Shown piece after piece: positions 19,495-28,911 of a stretch of 64,000 nt of DNA (its first letter is position 1; each line of letters begins with the position of its first letter). The stretch is from Myxococcota bacterium (lineage in GTDB: Bacteria > Myxococcota > JACRCW01): positions 1-64,000 of the forward strand of contig JBFMGU010000007.1 of assembly GCA_040752415.1 (NCBI GenBank), read 5' to 3'. A program made the position numbers and the translations under genes. Below the pieces are notes generated by a model that was given only the letters and a program-made list of their open reading frames with translations, had not been told where the DNA came from and did no database searches.

Positions 19495-19591
19495 CGTCCG
19501 ATCCAGGGCGGTGCTTTCCCGCTGCCACCGGTTCCAGCGTTCCGCACCGCACTCCAGGGCGACGCTGTCTCGCTCACGCGCTTCGCGAACC
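19495..19591 (-). repeat. Solo copy of palindromic family A (CTGGAGTGCGG-hairpin-CCGCCCTGG)
   Basis: Reverse complement reads CCTGGAGTGCGGTGC-ggaacgctg...cagcgggaaa-GCACCGCCCTGGAT; its flank resembles the right arm of the 48.3-kb element. Confidence 0.75.
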
Positions 19592-19620
19592 GAAGAAACG
19601 CGAAGCCAGGCGAAGTCCAC

Positions 19621-20469
19621 TCAGGGCACGCATGGGTCGATCACGGTGTACGACGACACCGTGGTGCCGTTGGTCCCCGTCATCGCAAAGGCTTCATTGT
19701 CGCCAACCACCACGGTGTACGTGTTCTCCTGCCCGGCGATGTAGTTCTCGATGTAGAACTGGTCCTGCGAGGAGCCCGTGGGCGCGTCGCAGTCCGGTTG
19801 GCCCCCGTAGATGGCCATCACCGTTGAGCTGTCAGGAAGGCTCCCAACGCCGGCGATGGATTCCCTGCTGCACGTGCCGTCCCCCACGGGGGCCATCAAC
19901 GGATAGGTGTCCGAGAGCGCGGAATAGATGATCCCGATGGAGCGCTGCGAGGCACTGCAGAAATAGAAGGCCCAACTCGAGGAACCGCCAAGGGTGAGGT
20001 CCACCGTGCCGTTGCTCCGGATGCCGTTGGCGTACGCCCAGTACAGCGCCATGGTGCCGTCCTCCTGGCGCGCCAGGCTCTGCGCCTCGTCGAGATACGT
20101 GTGCATGGTCCCAACCCGCGGCAGGGTGCTGTGGAAGCCGCTGCTGCTGGTTGTGCTGGAGGAAGACGTGCTCACCGACGTGCTGCTGGACGACGTGGAG
20201 CTGCCGGAGCCCCCGCTCGAGGACGCACTGGTGGACGTGCTTCCCGTGGACGTGCTGGAGGTGCTTCCCGACGTCGTGGATGAGGTGGAGGAAGCACCGG
20301 AGCTGGTGGAGGCGTCGTCCGCTTCCTCGGGGACGCACCGCCCCGCGCTGCAGGTGTAGCCGCTGGGGCAGGAGCTGGGGTTCTTCTCGTCGCAGGCAAT
20401 GGTGGGATCCAGGCAGGCCGCCCACGGCGCCAACGTCATCACCAACATCCATCGCATCACGCCGCGCAT
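19621..20469 (-). CDS. Putative lipoprotein (Cys-rich N-terminus, Ser/Thr linker, unknown C-domain); paralog of 21241-22059
   Basis: WAAC lipobox-like; CLDPTIAC..CPSGY.C...RCV; shares GTM..YL..A, NGTVDL, LPD with its paralog. Confidence 0.75.
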   Translation of the reverse strand: MRGVMRWMLVMTLAPWAACLDPTIACDEKNPSSCPSGYTCSAGRCVPEEADDASTSSGASSTSSTTSGSTSSTSTGSTSTSASSSGGSGSSTSSSSTSVSTSSSSTTSSSGFHSTLPRVGTMHTYLDEAQSLARQEDGTMALYWAYANGIRSNGTVDLTLGGSSSWAFYFCSASQRSIGIIYSALSDTYPLMAPVGDGTCSRESIAGVGSLPDSSTVMAIYGGQPDCDAPTGSSQDQFYIENYIAGQENTYTVVVGDNEAFAMTGTNGTTVSSYTVIDPCVP

Positions 20470-20473
20470 GTGC

Positions 20474-21244
20474 TCACTCACGTGCAAGACTCCACACCAG
20501 CAGCCCCAGACCACCCCCGCCGGTTGCCACCGCGCCCAGCAACAACGCCGCGCCCACGACGGAGAACAGCCCCGCCGCACCATAGACCAGGACGAAGTTC
20601 ACCTCGTAACTGAACGGCAGCGCCACCACGCGCGGCACCACCTGGCTGGCCACCAGCAATCCCAGGTTACCCAGGGCCGCCACGAACAACACGCCGGAAA
20701 CCACCACGCCGCTCACGCCGGCGCCCAACAGTGCCTTTCCCGTCGGGTTGCGCTCCGCAGCCTCGTCTGCCGGCGTCACCAACCGGCGCACCGCGGGCCG
20801 CACGAGGTCGATCACCTGCTCCTCGTCGCCGGCCTTCACGCGCTCGGTCACGTAGGCCAGCACCTGCGCGCGCCGGGCGTCCAGCAGCCTCAGGGTGAGC
20901 AGCATGCTCGACGCCACCTTGGTGAGGGAGACGGAGAGGATCTGGTCCGCGCCAAGGGCGCCGGCAATCTCGGCGATGCAGCTGGAGGAGTCGCAGTCCA
21001 TGAGCTGGCGTTGTCGCTCCAGGGACAGCATGTCCTCCACGTCCTTGGTGCTGATCACGCGGCTGAACTGGCGGGTGGCACGGATCTCGTCGAGGAGCAG
21101 GTGGTTGACCGCCTTGCGCAGCTCCTCGGAAACGCCCTCGGACGCCGTGAGGGAGAGCACCGCCAGGGACGGTTTCTCCGGTGGAGCCGCGGGCTCCGCC
21201 GTGGCGGTCAGCCCCACCATGAACAACGGAGTCATCAGCATCAT
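20474..21244 (-). CDS. Exported protein with a CsgG/TolB-N-like domain and C-terminal hydrophobic hairpin; paralog of 22056-22823
   Basis: PSLAVL...FSRVIS..D....LERQRQLMDC..SSCIAEIAGALGAD; ATGA coupling to the upstream gene; two C-terminal hydrophobic segments. Confidence 0.75.
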   Translation of the reverse strand: MMLMTPLFMVGLTATAEPAAPPEKPSLAVLSLTASEGVSEELRKAVNHLLLDEIRATRQFSRVISTKDVEDMLSLERQRQLMDCDSSSCIAEIAGALGADQILSVSLTKVASSMLLTLRLLDARRAQVLAYVTERVKAGDEEQVIDLVRPAVRRLVTPADEAAERNPTGKALLGAGVSGVVVSGVLFVAALGNLGLLVASQVVPRVVALPFSYEVNFVLVYGAAGLFSVVGAALLLGAVATGGGGLGLLVWSLARE

Positions 21245-22059
21245 GGCTCGCAATCCATTTCCACGGTGAGCTGAGCACCGCTGATGCGCGCGCGCCACGT
21301 CTGCGAGCCAACCTGCACGGACACCAGGTCTGCGAACACGTCGCGGTAATACCGGACACGGTCCGCCCACGACGGGTTCCAGGTATTGGGGCACGTGCTG
21401 GACGCGGCGAACGTCGGAATGACCACGTTGGTATCCGGCAGTGTTTCCGACGACGCCAGCGGGTCGGTCTGCGGCACACCCTGGGTGGGGAAGGTGATGT
21501 CCACGCGTGTCGTCGGCGCGTTGTAGGTGTACCTCGCCTGCATTCCCTGGTTGTTGGATGCGCTCCAGAACTCGAACGTCCACCCCAGGAATGATTCGCC
21601 GTCGGAGAGATCCACGGTGCCATTGGGCGTGAACGCGTATCCGTTGATGCTGACGAGACCCATGGTGGCGTCCCGTGCGGCGGCGAGGAGGAGCGCATCC
21701 TGGAGGTAGTCACGCATGGTGCCCACGACGGGAAGCTCGGCGCCGCCGCTGCTCGAGGACGACGATGAACCGGAGGTGGAAGCACCCCCCGAGGCGCTGG
21801 ACGATGTGCTCGTGGTGGAAGCGGCGTTGGCGGAGGAACCGCCCGAGGTGCTGGAGGTCGTGGAGGACGTGGTGACGTTGGCCCCCGACGACGAGGTCTC
21901 TCCGGGATTGTCGACGTCGTGCACGCACCGGGGCTCTTCGCATCTCCACCCGGATGGGCACCCGTTCGGGTCACCGTTCTGGCACGCCAGGGTCGGGTCC
22001 ACGCACGCCGCGGTGAAGAGAAGCACCAGGGCGCCCAAGCTCCACAGCGCCAGGTTCAT
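21241..22059 (-). CDS. Putative lipoprotein; paralog of 19621-20469
   Basis: Lipobox FTAAC; CVDPTLAC..CPSGW.C...RCV; Ser/Thr linker; ATGA overlap. Confidence 0.8.
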   Translation of the reverse strand: MNLALWSLGALVLLFTAACVDPTLACQNGDPNGCPSGWRCEEPRCVHDVDNPGETSSSGANVTTSSTTSSTSGGSSANAASTTSTSSSASGGASTSGSSSSSSSGGAELPVVGTMRDYLQDALLLAAARDATMGLVSINGYAFTPNGTVDLSDGESFLGWTFEFWSASNNQGMQARYTYNAPTTRVDITFPTQGVPQTDPLASSETLPDTNVVIPTFAASSTCPNTWNPSWADRVRYYRDVFADLVSVQVGSQTWRARISGAQLTVEMDCEP

Positions 22060-22823
22060 GCACGCACCATGAGCCCGACGCCCGCTGCCCCGACGATCAG
22101 TGCGATGGTGCCAGCCACCCCCGCCAACGTGACCGTCGCGGCGCCCGACGTGTAGACCACCGCGAGACGCGAATTATAGGGAAGCCCCAACCACGGCAGC
22201 GGCACGAGCCGGGGAACCACCTGCGTGGCCACCGCGCCCACGACGAGCCCCGCGCTCGCCAAGGCGAACACCACCGAGCCAGCCGCCAGCGCACTTGAAG
22301 CGATCCTAAGGACAGGTAAGGGCAGTGACGAAGACGCCTTGCGTTCGAGGCCGGCATCACGGAACAGGCGATCAACGGTGGGGGGCACGGCATCCAGCAC
22401 AGCCTCATCACCCTGCATGGTGACGCGTTGGGACGCGGTGGCGAGCAGCCTGGCGTGTTTCACGTCGAGGAGGCGGAAGCTGAGGAGCACCGAGCGGCCC
22501 ACGCGGCTGATCTCCCCGGTCATGATGTTGTCGACGCCAAGAGACTGGGCCAGCTCGGTCATGCAGCTGGCGGCGTCGCAGTCCAGCAATTGTCGCTGGC
22601 GCTCCAGGCCAAGCACCTCCTGCGCATCCTTGGTGGTGACGACGCGCGAGAAGTGCCCGGACTCCCGCACCCGCAAGAGCGTCAGCTCGGTCACGGCCTG
22701 GGCCAGCGCGGGGGAGACGTGCTCACCGGAGGGAAACTCGAAGACCGCCAGCGAGGGCCGCTGGGTACCGGGCTCCGCCGTGGCGGTCATCAACAGGAAG
22801 GCTGCCAGGCCGGCCAGACCCAT
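22056..22823 (-). CDS. Exported protein with a CsgG/TolB-N-like domain and C-terminal hydrophobic hairpin
   Basis: TATAEP..PSLAVF...FSRVVT..D....LERQRQLLDC..ASCMTELAQSLGVD. Confidence 0.75.
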   Translation of the reverse strand: MGLAGLAAFLLMTATAEPGTQRPSLAVFEFPSGEHVSPALAQAVTELTLLRVRESGHFSRVVTTKDAQEVLGLERQRQLLDCDAASCMTELAQSLGVDNIMTGEISRVGRSVLLSFRLLDVKHARLLATASQRVTMQGDEAVLDAVPPTVDRLFRDAGLERKASSSLPLPVLRIASSALAAGSVVFALASAGLVVGAVATQVVPRLVPLPWLGLPYNSRLAVVYTSGAATVTLAGVAGTIALIVGAAGVGLMVRA

Positions 22824-22964
22824 GGGTGAAAACCTATCAGCGGCTCCGTCCGTCGGTCGAGCGGAAGTGGGGATTCGTTTACGACGTCACGCCTCCGGGG
22901 TACTTGAGCGTTGCCCGCCCACCGACGAGCGCGGTGCGTTGTCGAAACCATTCCGGGGGCCACC

Positions 22965-23657
22965 ATGTTGCCGATGGCGTCATCCGTGGACATCGAGCGC
23001 ACGCGTCTCATCACCATCCTCACCACGGTGGCGCTGGCGGTCACGGGCGTCATCCTCTTCTCCGGCTGGTCCGGCTCCGACGGGCGCACCGCGGCGTGGA
23101 TTGGCACGCTCAACAACACCATCCTCATCACCCACACGCTGCGCCACCGCGACGGGGTCATGGCGCGGCTGCTGCTCTTTGGCGTCATTGTCGGGTTCGT
23201 GGAGCTTGCCGCGGATGCGTGGCTCGTCGACGTCACCCGGTCGCTGGACTACTCGGTGAGCAACAGCACCATGGTGTGGCGCTCGCCGTGGTGGATGATC
23301 ATGGCGTGGCAGATCGTGGCCATGCAGTTCGCGTACATCGGCCTGCGACTGTATGAGCGCATGGGTGTGAAGGGCCTGGTGCTGAGCGGCCTGCTCGGCG
23401 CGGTGAACATCCCGTTCTACGAGGAGATGGCCCTGCGCCTGAACTGGTGGCGTTACCGCGGCTGCGCCATGCTGAGCCATACGCCGTACTACATCATCCT
23501 GGGTGAGTTGTTGCTGGTGATGGGCTTTGGCGCGTTGGCGCGCACGGTGCGGCAGACGTCGTGGGTCAACGTGGCGCTGGCGGGGGTGGCGGCGGGCGTG
23601 GGGATCTTCGTTTCCTACTTCGCGGCGTGGTACGTGGTGGAAGCCATCACGCGCTAA
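22965..23657 (+). CDS. Integral membrane protein of unknown function
   Basis: About 6-7 hydrophobic helices; polar motifs ELAADAWLV, SPWWMIMAW, PFYEEMA..WW.Y. Confidence 0.8.
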   Translation: MLPMASSVDIERTRLITILTTVALAVTGVILFSGWSGSDGRTAAWIGTLNNTILITHTLRHRDGVMARLLLFGVIVGFVELAADAWLVDVTRSLDYSVSNSTMVWRSPWWMIMAWQIVAMQFAYIGLRLYERMGVKGLVLSGLLGAVNIPFYEEMALRLNWWRYRGCAMLSHTPYYIILGELLLVMGFGALARTVRQTSWVNVALAGVAAGVGIFVSYFAAWYVVEAITR

Positions 23658-23663
23658 GCACCG

Positions 23664-24938
23664 CTACTTCACAATCCCCGCGCGCTCCAGCATGGCGTGC
23701 ATCAGCACGTTGCAGCCGGCCTCGAGGTGTTCCGGCTTGGCGTCCTCGATCTCGTTGTGGCTGATGCCGTCCTTGCAGGGGATGAACACCATGCCCGCGG
23801 GCGCCAGGCGCGCCATGTACACCGCGTCGTGACCGGCGCCGGAGACCGCGTCCATCACCGAGTAGCCGAACGCCTTGGCGCCGCGCTCCACGGCGGACAC
23901 GCAGCCCTCCTCGAACGGGCAGGGCGGGAAGTAGCTCACCTGCTCCAGCGTGATGGGCAGGCCGCTTTCCTTGGAGGCCTTCTCCACGAATGCGCGGATC
24001 TCCTGGTCCATCTTGTCCAGTCGCTCGCTGTCGACGTTGCGCAGGTCCACGGAGAACTTCACGCGGCCGGGGATGACGTTGCGGCTGTTGGGATGCACGT
24101 GCACCATGCCCACCGTGCCACGGCCGTACGGCGGGTAGCGCTTCGCAATGGCCACCACCTCCTGCATGATTCCCGTGGCCACCTGCAGCGCGTCCTTGCG
24201 CAGCTCCATGGGCGTGGGGCCGGCGTGCGCCTCCATGCCCTGCACCGTGCAGTCATACCAGCGCAGGCCCAGCACGCCCTTGACCACGCCAATGGTCTTG
24301 CCGGCGTTCTCCAGCACCGGCCCCTGCTCGATGTGCGCCTCGAAGTACGAGCCGATGGGGTGCTTGCCCGGCTCCTCGTTCCCCACGTAGCCGATGCGCT
24401 CCAGCTCCTCCTTCACCGACTTGCCCGCCACGTCCTTGGCCGCATACGCGTGCTCCAGCGTGAACGCGCCGGCGAACACGCCCGAGCCCATCATCACCGG
24501 CACGAAGCGGGAGCCTTCCTCGTTGGTCCAGAACACCACCTCGACGGGCGCCTCGGTCTCGATGTTGTGGTCATTGAGCGTGCGGATGACCTCCATGCCG
24601 GCCAGCACGCCGTAGTTGCCGTCGAACTTGCCGCCGGTGGGCTGCGTGTCGATGTGGCTGCCGGTGACGACGGGCGGCAGCGAGTTGTTGCGACCCTTGC
24701 GGCGCATGAACACGTTGCCGATCTTGTCGGTGGTGATGGTCAATCCCGCCTCGCGCCCCCAGCGCGTGACGAGGTCGCGGCCCTGGCGGTCCAGGTCGGT
24801 GAGGGCCAGCCGGCACACGCCGCCCTTCTCGGTGGCGCCAATCCTGGCGAGCTCCATGAGGGAGTCCCACAGGCGCTTGCCGTTGATGGCCAGGGGCTTC
24901 TGGGTCTTGGGAGAGGTGTGCTGCTGGGCTGCAACCAT
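23664..24938 (-). CDS. M20-family Zn-dependent amidohydrolase (N-carbamoyl-amino acid/allantoate amidohydrolase, beta-ureidopropionase-like)
   Basis: GSHIDTQPTGGKFDGNYGV, NEEGSRF, EAHIEQGP, HAGPTPM, SGAGHDA, GISHN; GGAG before ATG 24938. Confidence 0.92.
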   Translation of the reverse strand: MVAAQQHTSPKTQKPLAINGKRLWDSLMELARIGATEKGGVCRLALTDLDRQGRDLVTRWGREAGLTITTDKIGNVFMRRKGRNNSLPPVVTGSHIDTQPTGGKFDGNYGVLAGMEVIRTLNDHNIETEAPVEVVFWTNEEGSRFVPVMMGSGVFAGAFTLEHAYAAKDVAGKSVKEELERIGYVGNEEPGKHPIGSYFEAHIEQGPVLENAGKTIGVVKGVLGLRWYDCTVQGMEAHAGPTPMELRKDALQVATGIMQEVVAIAKRYPPYGRGTVGMVHVHPNSRNVIPGRVKFSVDLRNVDSERLDKMDQEIRAFVEKASKESGLPITLEQVSYFPPCPFEEGCVSAVERGAKAFGYSVMDAVSGAGHDAVYMARLAPAGMVFIPCKDGISHNEIEDAKPEHLEAGCNVLMHAMLERAGIVK

Positions 24939-25165
24939 GGGACGCTCCAAGGGTTGAGGACGCGGTTCCCATAGCGCGGCGGTTGTCGTTCGAACAGTGG
25001 ACGCCAGGCGGACCACGCTCCTGGGCTGGGGTGTTGCCGAGGGTCGCGCCGCGCCCGCCCAACGCAACGGAGCAATCCCACCGGGCGGGACACGCGACCA
25101 TCCGTGTTCGTGCCGGCGGGGGCCGCGACGAAGGAACCACGCACGAGGGTCTAAGACCAGGAGGT

Positions 25166-25448
25166 TGCGTCGGGACAAGATGCCCAGCGAGATTGCGGAC
25201 GTCGTGAGCGGGCCACGACCTGGAGTGCGGCGGGCCCTCGCCGCCCTGGTCAGCGCCGAGTGCGTCCTCAACGGCCGCGCGCGGAACCCGGGGTTTCTCA
25301 ACGAACGGAATTGCGCCGCGGGCGCCTGGTGCACCGTCGACGGGCGCGGAACCCGCTCGGCGCTGGCCAGGGCGGCGAGGGCCCGCCGCACTCCAGGTCT
25401 TGGCTCGCTCACGACGTCCGCAATCGCTGCGCATCTTGCTTCGACGCA
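25166..25448. repeat. Long inverted repeat, family A doublet (~95-100-bp arms, ~80-nt spacer)
   Basis: Core CCTGGAGTGCGGCGGGCCCTCGCCGCCCTGG at 25219-25249 with its reverse complement at 25367-25397; outer arms also pair. Confidence 0.92.
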
Positions 25449-25500
25449 GGGTCCAACCCTCTGCGGAGGGTGAGGTGCTAGGTTCCGCGCCGGAGGTTCC

Positions 25501-26079
25501 ATGTCGGGCAACGACGAGCTGAAGGTCAAAGGCGCCAACTTCCTGAGCGTGATGGCGGCACTCAAGACGCTGCGCGGCGAGACGGCGGTGACCGCAGTGA
25601 CGAACGGAATGCTCACGCCCGGCGGAGAAGCGCTGCGACTTGGCACGCTGCTGGCCAGCGGATGGTATCCCGCCTCGTGGTACCGGGATCTCCTCGACGC
25701 CATTCGTGGGCTCCCCGCCGGTGGCGACGCGCTGGTGGTCGCGGTGAGCAAGGAGGGAATCCGTCGGGACGTGGGCGGCATCTACAAGCTCGTCTTCAAG
25801 CTGATGAGCCCGCAGACGCTCCTGACGCAGTCCAGCAAGGCGCTGCGCATGTACTACGACCGCGGCGAATGCCAGATCCTCGAGAGTCGCGACGGGTTCG
25901 TGCGTGCGTCGTACCGCGGCTTCGTGGGATTCAACCGCGTCATGTGGCTGGATACCCGCGCGGCGTCCGAGCTGCTCCTGGAGCTGAGCGGCGCCAAGGG
26001 GCTGCACCTCCGCGTGGTCAGCGGCGGTGGCGACGGAGACGCGCACATGGACGTGGAGGCGAGCTGGATGGTGCGCTGA
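25501..26079 (+). CDS. Myxobacterial uncharacterised protein (DUF2378/TIGR02265-like)
   Basis: GGAGG before ATG; VKGANF...LLASGWYP...YYDRG..., ends in a W-containing strand. Confidence 0.65.
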   Translation: MSGNDELKVKGANFLSVMAALKTLRGETAVTAVTNGMLTPGGEALRLGTLLASGWYPASWYRDLLDAIRGLPAGGDALVVAVSKEGIRRDVGGIYKLVFKLMSPQTLLTQSSKALRMYYDRGECQILESRDGFVRASYRGFVGFNRVMWLDTRAASELLLELSGAKGLHLRVVSGGGDGDAHMDVEASWMVR

Positions 26080-26314
26080 CGCGCGAAGCTCCCCGCGCCC
26101 GTGGGCATTCCGCGCCACGGCCAGGTCTGGAGGCAGCAGCACCCGCGGACCATCCAAATCCCGCGTTCTTCCGAGGAGTTGGAGAGAATCGACCAGGCCC
26201 GCGCGCCGTGGGTCGATTTCCGCGGATGCCGTTCGTCGACCCCGCAGAACGCCTGATGAAGCCCGGTCGGGTCACGGTGACTCCCACGCTTCGGGCCGCC
26301 CCACGGAGGAATCC

Positions 26315-26983
26315 ATGAATGCCCCCACCCTGCTCAATGACGACGGAACCGCTTCCATGGCCACGCTGCTGATGATGTCCCATCACGGACTGCGGAGAGA
26401 CGCCGCGAGACTGGAGGCGCGGGTGAAGCAGGCCAGTGTCGTCGTGCTGCGTGAGGCGTGGGAGGGTTTTGCCGCGGTGCTCCACGGGCATCACACCGCG
26501 GAGGACGAACGGCTCCTTCCCGGCCTGCGCAAGGACAACGCCGAGCTGGGCCGTGCCATCGATGGGCTTGGTGCGGACCATCGCGCCATGGATCAGCTCA
26601 TCCAGCGCGTGGGCGGGGCGCTGGCGTCGTCGGAGGACCGGGCGGCGCCCGCGGTGGCCACCGCGCTCGGTGAGCTGACGGCGCTCCTGCGGCAGCATCT
26701 CACCGTCGAGGAGGCCACGGTGATCCCCATCCTGCGTCGGGTTCCCGTGCAGTCGATGCCCCCGCTCCCCGAGTCGGAGCTCGCGGTGATGGCACAGGGT
26801 TTGGCGTGGAGCGCGGAGGGCGTGGCCAATGACGTCGTCACCAAGGCGTTCGCCGGGATGCCGGACGTGGTGATGACGAAGTTCGCGGCGGCGCGCGCGG
26901 AGTACGCGGTGAAGTGCACGCGGTTGTGGGGCGGGGTGGCGGAGGCGCTCTCGCGGACCGCCGACGGTTCGCCGGTGCGGTGA
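26315..26983 (+). CDS. Hemerythrin/HHE domain protein
   Basis: GGAGG RBS; HHGLRRD, LHGHHTAEDERLLP, DH..MD, QHLTVEE. Confidence 0.85.
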   Translation: MNAPTLLNDDGTASMATLLMMSHHGLRRDAARLEARVKQASVVVLREAWEGFAAVLHGHHTAEDERLLPGLRKDNAELGRAIDGLGADHRAMDQLIQRVGGALASSEDRAAPAVATALGELTALLRQHLTVEEATVIPILRRVPVQSMPPLPESELAVMAQGLAWSAEGVANDVVTKAFAGMPDVVMTKFAAARAEYAVKCTRLWGGVAEALSRTADGSPVR

Positions 26984-27108
26984 CGGGTGGACATGGAGCC
27001 ACGGCGTGGGGCTCCCACATCCGCCCATCCTCGTCCTGTCGCATTGGGGGTTGGAAAGCGCCCAGGCCACTCTGCTCACGACGACGCTAGCGTCAAGAGC
27101 GAGGCCCC

Positions 27109-27306
27109 ATGGTCACGGTGAATCTGCTGCCTCCCCTCCGGCTTGGTCCCTTGTTTGACGTCGAGGCGCACGGATGGCGCCGGTACGCACCACGCAGACC
27201 ATGGTGGCCGGCGTTGCCGTTCCTGCCGCTGGCGGCGCCGGTGATGCTGGGCGCCATGGCGCTCAACGGTCTGGCGCGCCGCGTGTTCCCCGGCGGAGCG
27301 GCGTGA
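27109..27306 (+). CDS. Possible small hypothetical protein or gene remnant
   Basis: GAGG before ATG; hydrophobic C-terminal half; no recognised motif. Confidence 0.3.
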   Translation: MVTVNLLPPLRLGPLFDVEAHGWRRYAPRRPWWPALPFLPLAAPVMLGAMALNGLARRVFPGGAA

Positions 27307-27367
27307 GACCCGAGGTCGCATCCCACGTGGATTGAGCCTTCCCTCCATTGGCGGACAGGTGAGGAAC

Positions 27368-28402
27368 GTGAGCGCCCACCCCCGGCGAACATGTACGAAG
27401 TGCGGGACGCAAACGGAACAGCTGCTCTGTCCCGTGTGCTCGTCGGTGACCTCCGGTGTCGACGACCCCGAGGGCTTGGTGGGCTCCCGACGGATTGCGC
27501 CCTACGAGATCGTCGAGGTGATTGGCCGGGGCGGGATGGGCGTGGTCTACCGCGCGGTGCATCTCCCCAGCCAGTGGCCCGTGGCCATCAAGGTTGTCTC
27601 CCGCGAGCTGACGCACGACCTGGAGGTGGTGCAACGCTTCCAACGCGAAGCATCCCTAACGGGCAAGCTCCGTCATCCCAACATCATCCGCGAGCTGGAC
27701 TTCGGCTGCACCGACGACGGCTTGTTGTACCTGGTGATGGAGTACGTGCGGGGCTGCGAGCTCGCGGAGGTCCTGCGGCACGGCACGCAGCTGCCCTTGA
27801 CGCGCGCGCTGCGAGTCACCGTGCAGGTGCTCCACGCGCTCGAGGAGGCCCACGGCCGTGGCATCGTCCACCGCGACCTGAAGCCCGCCAACATCTTCCT
27901 GCACGACGCGCCCGAGGGACCGGAGGTGGTGAAGGTGATGGACTTTGGCGTGGCCAAGGTGTTCCAGGGGGAGGTTCGCGACCTGGCGCAGCTCACGCAG
28001 TCGGGATTGATGGTGGGAACGCCGGCGTACATGTCGCCGGAGCAGATTCTGGGTGAGCCGCTGGACGGGCGCAGCGATCTCTATTCGCTGGGCATCGTGC
28101 TGTACGAGATGCTGGCCGGCGCGCCCCCGTTCCACGACGACACGGTGGCGGGTGTCATGCTGGCGCAGACCTCGGATGCGCCGCGTCCCATCGGAAGCAT
28201 CCGCGCGGACCTGGCCACGGATCACAAGCTGCAGGCGGTGTTGGATTGGCTCCTGTCCAAGCGCCCCCAGGACCGGCCGGCGAACGCGCGCGAAGCGGCG
28301 GCGATGGTGCAACTGCTGTCCGCGTCGGGAGAGGAGATTGCCGCGCGGTGGCCGAGTCGGATGGAGCCTCGGGTTGCGGTGCTGGGGCGACGCGTGGGGT
28401 AG
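27368..28402 (+). CDS. Hanks-type Ser/Thr protein kinase with N-terminal zinc-ribbon-like segment
   Basis: CTKCG...CPVC; IGRGGMGVVY, VAIK, HRDLKPAN, DFG, GTPAYMSPEQ, DLYSLG. Confidence 0.93.
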   Translation: MSAHPRRTCTKCGTQTEQLLCPVCSSVTSGVDDPEGLVGSRRIAPYEIVEVIGRGGMGVVYRAVHLPSQWPVAIKVVSRELTHDLEVVQRFQREASLTGKLRHPNIIRELDFGCTDDGLLYLVMEYVRGCELAEVLRHGTQLPLTRALRVTVQVLHALEEAHGRGIVHRDLKPANIFLHDAPEGPEVVKVMDFGVAKVFQGEVRDLAQLTQSGLMVGTPAYMSPEQILGEPLDGRSDLYSLGIVLYEMLAGAPPFHDDTVAGVMLAQTSDAPRPIGSIRADLATDHKLQAVLDWLLSKRPQDRPANAREAAAMVQLLSASGEEIAARWPSRMEPRVAVLGRRVG

Positions 28403-28453
28403 GGCGACGCGTCAAAGCAATCTGCCCATTTCCGTTGTGGCCGGCGAATACCT

Positions 28454-28694
28454 CATTGGGTGCATGACAGCCTCAAGTGGACCACAACCGGGATGCGGCG
28501 GGCCCTCGCCGCCCTGGCCAGCGCCGAGTGCGTTCTCAATCTGTGGAATGGTCCCCGACCTGGTCGCGACGGGGCGTCGACGTCTCCGCAACCCTCGACC
28601 GTTGACGAGATTGCCACCCGCTCGGCGCTGACCAGGGCGGCGAGGGCCCGCCGCACTCCAGGTTGTGGTCCGCTGATGCTGTCACGGACCCCAT
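28454..28694. repeat. Long inverted repeat, family A doublet
   Basis: Same ~45-bp core as at 25.2 kb (TGCGGCGGGCCCTCGCCGCCCTGG.CAGCGCCGAG) on both arms; different outer arms and spacer. Confidence 0.9.
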
Positions 28695-28911
28695 GGGCAA
28701 GTTTGTTCCCCACAATCGGGCGCGCGTGGAACGTGAGCGGAAGGCCCTGGAGACGGCGCACGACGAGATGTTGCTCAAGCACCTGGCCGCGCAGCGCTTT
28801 GGGCCCACCGACTGATACTACCCCCTCGACATCAGCAACCGGGCCGGACCAGACTTCGTCGTGATGGAGGCGCGCGCAATGCTCCGCGCGTCAGCCCAGA
28901 ACGGTGGAATC

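Noticed and set aside
24939..25781. 280-aa N-terminal extension of the amidohydrolase ORF
   Set aside because: Runs through a palindrome and antisense to the 25501 gene; there is an RBS at ATG 24938.
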